Assembly (NCBI GenBank): GCA_030167865.1
Contig: JALAGF010003145.1
Span: 1 to 64,000 of the forward strand
DNA from: Craspedostauros australis
Lineage: Eukaryota
Length of the DNA: 64,000 bases
Reading direction: 5' to 3'
The stretch's first letter is position 1; every line of letters begins with the position of its first letter. Both the position numbers and the translations under genes were made by a program. This document shows positions 58,604-64,000 of the stretch, piece by piece. The notes under the pieces were generated by a model. That model did no database searches and was not told the origin of the DNA. It was given only the letters and a program-made list of their open reading frames with translations.

Positions 58604-59998
58604 ATGGCGACCATGGCATCCATCTCGATAGACTCGTTGCTGAAACGATTTCCCACATCCAACCACAGACGGTTGCCCTTCCTATCCAATGCCATTTACG
58701 AGCCCACCCTTTGGACAACGGCGGCATTGCATTACATCACCGAGCCGCTGGGGATCGAGCCGGAGGTTTCCATGCTCATCAACGGTGCATTCTTCGTCAT
58801 GCTCATCCTGCCGGTCCTTCTGGGATACACATCGCTGCAGCTTCTGCAGACATTCCTGCAGATTCCACAGCTCACCTCGTTGGTGATGCAGTACGTGGTG
58901 CTTCCCATGTCCGTGCTCTACATCGTCCTCATTCTCATCCTGGACAAATCGCATCTGCAAGTGAAGCATGCCAACGCGCGACGACCACAAACGCCAATGG
59001 GAGCCGCATCGTACAAGTTCTTTTCGGCCTGCTTGGACTACTTTCCCACCACGATCGTGCCGTGGAAGGAGGACGCCAAGCTGCCCACAGAGGACGGTCA
59101 GCAATACATCTTCGGCGTGCACCCGCATGGCATCCATTGCCTCGCCCTGGCTCCGCTGGGAGGCTTGGGAACGTTGTTTTCGGATCGATTCCCCGGTTTG
59201 CTGGATTCCAAATTGACCGGTTTGGCGGCCACCGTCATGTTCAAGATCCCTCTGGTGCGAGAGCTCTTTCTCAATATGAGCTACATCGACGCGTCACGAA
59301 AGATCGCCAGCGCTAGTCTGAAAGAAGGACGTTCCCTCTTCGTCTGTACGGGCGGCGAAGAGGAGAGCATGTACACCGAAATGGGCAAAGATATTGTCGT
59401 GTTGAAGAACAGGAAAGGCTTCATCCGATTGGCGCTGTCGTACGGTGCCGATCTGGTCCCTGTCTTCGGTGCGGGGATTACCGACTTTTACAGGGTGAGG
59501 AAGTTGCTCGCAGTGTGCATCTGATGCTGCATCTGATGCTGCTGCTGTGTAGTATTGGTGCCCCAGCTGCTTCCCGCATTGCAGAGGGAAAAGCGAATTT
59601 CTTCAAAGCAAACGATGTTGCCGCATAAACACAAACACATTGTGTCTCACTCATCATATCCCGTCAATTCTACAATTCACTGCCAACGTGGATAACACAC
59701 TTTCGCCGCGGGAATGTACATTTTTCAGACGTACGGATTCATGAGCAAACAAAGGATGTGGCTGCAAAAGAACTTTGGAGTTGCATTGCCGATCTTTCAT
59801 GGGCGGTGGTTCACCCCGCTACCGTACAGGGTCCCAATGAACATCCTGATTGGGGAACCGATCAAGGTGCCAAAACCAGCCGAGATTGGCGCGAAGCCAG
59901 ACCCCAAGCTTGTCGATGAGTACCATGCGAAGTACATGGAGGCATTGAAACTTCTCCACAGTAAGCACGTAAAGGATCGCGTGCTGGAGATTCGCTAG
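58604..59998 (+). CDS. DGAT2: Type 2 acyl-CoA:diacylglycerol acyltransferase (DGAT2/MGAT family)
   Basis: Exons 58604-59494 and 59729-59998. YFP, HPHG, GGEEE, RKGFIRLA..GADLVPVFG, HGR..PLPY and GEPI. Confidence 0.93.
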
Positions 59999-60304
59999 AA
60001 TGTCGTGAAAGGAATAGCATGACTAGCACAATCTAGAAAAGCTTTGGTTGCGGGTGTTGCAGTTGAATAACAGCACAGCGCTCGCTTCCCAGGTGTGGTC
60101 TGAGCTCCGCCATCTGTTTCTCTTGAAAGCACCAAGTTTTCGATTTTGCACAATCATTGTTCAGTTCTCCAGTGTTCCAAATGGTATCTTTTTGACCATC
60201 TGAAGATTCGCAGCAAAAGATCGCGACAACGGCCAAATACAAACAAGAGAGAGACATCGGAGAGAAATCACAGACTCACGTTACGCACACGTTCGGCGAT
60301 AAAG

Positions 60305-61051
60305 ATGAAGATGATGCTATCGATTTCCAACCGAAGCAAGCGTTGCAGGCCAGCACGGGTGCTGTCCTTGCTGGCCTGTTGCCGATCCGTGCGTGGATTG
60401 CACGTTGCCGTGATCACCGGCAACAGCCGAACATCGGGACCTCCCCGACCGATTCTGGGACCACGAGTGACGTCGTACATCCAAGGCGAGCTCGCACAGA
60501 GAGGACATGAAGTCTCCGTCATCGATCCGTTGCAATGGAAGCTACCTCTGCTGGAAAAGCCGCACTTTTGCTACGCCAAGGGCCGGGCACCACCTGAGCT
60601 GGAAGAAATCTACGGCATTCTGGACGATGCCGATGCCTACGTTTGCATCACCCCGGAATACAACCACGCACCATCTCCAGCGTTGCTCAACGTGCTCAAT
60701 CACTTCGGCTCGTCGACGTTCTCGTTCAAACCAAGCGCGATCGTTTCGTACTCTGCTGGACAGTGGGGCGGAACGAGGGCGGCGCTGGCACTGCGTCCAG
60801 TCCTGTCGGAGCTCGGATGCCTGCCAGTTTCTGCGATGATCCATATTCCAAAGGCACAGGAGATTTTGGAAGAAGGTGGCACATTGGCCAAGCCCGACGA
60901 TGCTGAAGAATGGTCGGGGTATTGCGGTCGCACCATCTCACAGTTGGAATGGTGGGGACAAGCAGCAAAAAGTCACAAGGAGACATCGGACCCGTTCGAT
61001 GCATCACCATCCTTCCAGAAAACAGCCTCGCAAAGGAATGCACCGAAATGA
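60305..61051 (+). CDS. NAD(P)H-dependent FMN reductase (flavodoxin-like)
   Basis: ITGNSR, ADAYVCITPEYNH, KPSAIVSYSAGQWGGTRA and LSELG. Exact start uncertain. Confidence 0.88.
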   Translation: MKMMLSISNRSKRCRPARVLSLLACCRSVRGLHVAVITGNSRTSGPPRPILGPRVTSYIQGELAQRGHEVSVIDPLQWKLPLLEKPHFCYAKGRAPPELEEIYGILDDADAYVCITPEYNHAPSPALLNVLNHFGSSTFSFKPSAIVSYSAGQWGGTRAALALRPVLSELGCLPVSAMIHIPKAQEILEEGGTLAKPDDAEEWSGYCGRTISQLEWWGQAAKSHKETSDPFDASPSFQKTASQRNAPK

Positions 61052-61393
61052 ATATGCAAAGAGAGCATCTGTAGAGTCGTATGGTATTCCTTTGACAGTG
61101 CAATTGTTACTCAATTATTAACGAGAAGCTTTGATTGCTTGTGCAATCCTTCTTTCTTATGCTCGTATTTGCCTCTTGGCATAGGTCTCTGAGAACGCCT
61201 CCTCGTATCAGTACGCATCCCTCATTCCGTCTCATGCGTATTTTACCCAAGGAGAGGTTGGCTGTGGATCAAAGATCAGCCAATTCCTTCGCCGTCGTCG
61301 CCGTCGTCGTCGTTGTTGCATTTGTTATTGCGTGCATCAGGTCACTGTGAAGAGTGTGGCAACGATCACGATGCATGCGTCACCCTGCTCTCT

Positions 61394-64000
61394 TTAAATC
61401 TCAAAATTCTGGACCGCACCATCCTTGTGGGAGATCTTCCAGGTCTTCACAGTCTTGCCACCCACCTTGATGTTCCAGACATGACCTTCGAACGTGTTCA
61501 GTCGTCTGTTTGTTTCCTCAAATCCAAGATCAGCCCAGAATTTGTCGCCGTAGTACAGTTTCGCAAATTTCATCAAGGGGTCCTTCTTGGTATTGGTGAA
61601 AGATGCAATGAGCTTGGATGTTGCGGTGACTTTTGTGGCTGCTGTATTTTTATTGTTCTTGGACTTGTCGCGCTGCGGCGCATCCGGGTATCCTTGGCGA
61701 GGACCTGCCAAGTCAAATTATGTTCACGGGATGTGCAATTGTGTGTGCGTATCAGCAGATTATGTTGGAACCGGCAATGGATAAGAAAGCACGAAGGTGA
61801 GTAGGGAGGATTAGGATACAAAAGCGACACCATTGAACGGCTGGCCTTCGACTGCGCAGGCAAACAAACAAAAATGGAGCGAACACACTGCCACTTCGTC
61901 CACCAAAGATGTGAGCTCAGCGCGACAGGGCTCAGCCATTTCGTGTTGCCATACAGTGGCCATGGTCGTGAGCGCAGGGCAAATGGTTGCCATCGATTTC
62001 GTTGCATTCATCAGTGCAATCGTCACAACTAACCATACGGCGCAACTCACCATTCCAAACTGTGAGGCAAGAACGTTGTGATGCATTGGGTGGTAATGAA
62101 ATGATGTGGTGAAATGCATTAGGTTGCAGAAACATGGAGACACAGAGGTGGAGTCGGAGCATTCAATGTGAGAATACGAAACGCAAGGTATACACAGGGC
62201 TGCAATAAACGACCATTTTCATCAAAACTTGGAGATGCATCAGTCCAATGCAGTATGAGTACTCACCCCACAGATTCGCCGCATACTTGTCACCCGCGAG
62301 AATTGGGCATGCCCCATGCAAGGATGAGTCATCGAGCTGTCCATTGGGATGCTGCGAGTAGAAGAGGACTGCACGCGACGAATGAGGTCGGATAGACAGC
62401 TTTGTTCGGCACGTCACAGTCTGCAAAGACGAAGTTGTATGTCGCGATTGGAGCATTGGATAGAGGTGGAGCGCGAGTGTACGTATGTCAGCGCATGAAT
62501 GAGTGGATGAGCAAGCGGGTGGATGAGCGAACACGGTTGCCTCTTCTCGATCACAGTGGTTGGCGTCTTGCATTGTGCGAATCAGCGAACAGCCCAGGAA
62601 TTCATCACCCGAATGCGCTCCTGTCTTCACAGCAGTTGTTGCTTCACAAACGGTGGATCGCAGAGCCTGTGAGCATTCCATCTCCCCGGCTTCTCTTCCT
62701 TCCATTTGGCACACACAAAACGTACCAGGTCTTCTTCCCACGAACCTCGTCGAAGAACGGCGCCCTTCTCAGATGATCTCAGTTGTGCCAGAGCCTGCAA
62801 CAATGAGCATAAATAGAGATGGAAGGGATGTGAGTTGTTTTGATGTACTCTATCGATCGTAGCATAGATCGGAGGATGATTGCATCGACTGGCGGGCACT
62901 GTGGACTTCTAGCGCCGGAGCACAGTGTACAACAGTGATGCGCAGGACACATGATGCTCTATCGACTTGCAAATCAATGCGCAGCAATATCATGCAAAAA
63001 CAACGAAAGGTGAGCCACTTCTATCCATGGACTCTGAAAACTCACCTCTGCTCTGTTCAATGGTGCATCGACATCGATGGAATCTGCGTTTGTAAAGACA
63101 GTCTCTCCGCCATCATTCTCGCCAAGGTCGGTCATGTACAGAAGGATAGTTGCAAAGCGGTTGGATCCCTTTCCGGAAGAATCGAAATCGTGATCCAATT
63201 GAAAGTCCTGTGGAACGAAGTTATTTTCGAATGAGACGAACGTAAATCAAGAAAGTGAGTACGTACAAGTCGGCATGATGTATTACAGTACGCATGCACG
63301 CACCTGGCTCAGGCACAGCCATCCATTGCAATACCAATGCACTCACCTTATCCTCCATGTAATCCAGGTGGGAATTGTACGCTTTAGTCTTGTTGTATCT
63401 GAGGATCTGCAATCCATCCGCGTGGCTCGCGATGTACGAATCATACCCCAGAGCCGAGAAACAGCGTCTGAGAGTGGAATGAGGTGCCCATAAAGCAAAG
63501 TATCAGTGAATGAATGAATGAATGAATGGGCGGGCGCATGTGATGATGTGTGTACGAGAGTGCAAACAGTGGGCAAACGAGAGCCAACACGCACAATTGC
63601 TGTGACGTATGGCATCACACCACACGATGCAATCTCTAATCCGGTGTATTTCAAGATATCATAACGACAGTGATGATCATCATGATCATTTTGAATGCGC
63701 TGAAACGTACCTCTTGACTTTCATCGACGTGACTCCGTCAGTATCGTATCCACTCTCCGATGTGCGCTTTGAGTTGAGATTGTACCCTGACGCGCCGGTA
63801 GAACTTCTCTTGATGCGATGGCTCTCCTTGGTTTCTGCTATGGCCTGCTGGACCAGATCCGAACTCTCGTCTCTGGAAAAGAAGTTGAAGACATCGAACA
63901 GGCGCGGCTCAAGGCTGAGGACCTTGAGGTAGATATTCTTGCCCTCCGATCCTTCCACGTGATTGAGATTGAATATTTCTCCCACGAACTTTGGAGCGTA
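61394..64000 (-). CDS. Prolyl 4-hydroxylase (2OG/Fe(II)) with a C-terminal VHL-beta-like domain; 5' end outside the window
   Basis: Exons >64000-63711, 63467-63347, 63207-63046, 62794-62726, 62420-62267, 62059-62051 and 61704-61394, all GT..AG and phase-consistent. Motifs LSLEPRLF, RTSE, DGLQILRY..YNSHLDY, NRFATILLYM..GGETVF and AVLFYSQ..SLHGACP..KYAANLWVWN. Confidence 0.9.

Noticed and set aside
11312-59998. EPT plus DGAT2 as a lipid gene cluster
   Set aside because: They are about 46 kb apart, with unrelated housekeeping genes between them.

Overview
A eukaryotic nuclear region with about 22 protein-coding genes, most likely from a pennate diatom. This is inferred from GT-AG introns, bipartite 'ASAFAP'-type plastid presequences, a myosin with an ankyrin/FYVE tail and a diatom-type RGLE-family protein. 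Well-supported genes are RPN1, a choline/ethanolamine phosphotransferase, a single-exon 1902-aa myosin, PGAM5, a PNPOx-like protein, JMJD6, a GT77-like glycosyltransferase, a ThiE/TenI-like protein, a plastid PhyH-family dioxygenase, a GBF1/GNOM ARF-GEF, SMC1, class II eIF4E, MPP10, homocysteine S-methyltransferase, a membrane-anchored JmjC protein, DGAT2, an FMN reductase and a 5'-truncated multi-exon prolyl 4-hydroxylase. I found no rRNA, tRNA, CRISPR array or recognisable transposon. The best leads are: a prolyl 4-hydroxylase fused to a VHL-beta-like domain and completed by a 9-nt microexon; a plastid PhyH dioxygenase that may be chlorophyll c synthase; a probable NOL11/Utp8 orthologue; a stop-free in-frame intron in SMC1; and strong strand alternation of genes. 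All calls come from reading motifs by eye; no database searches were run.
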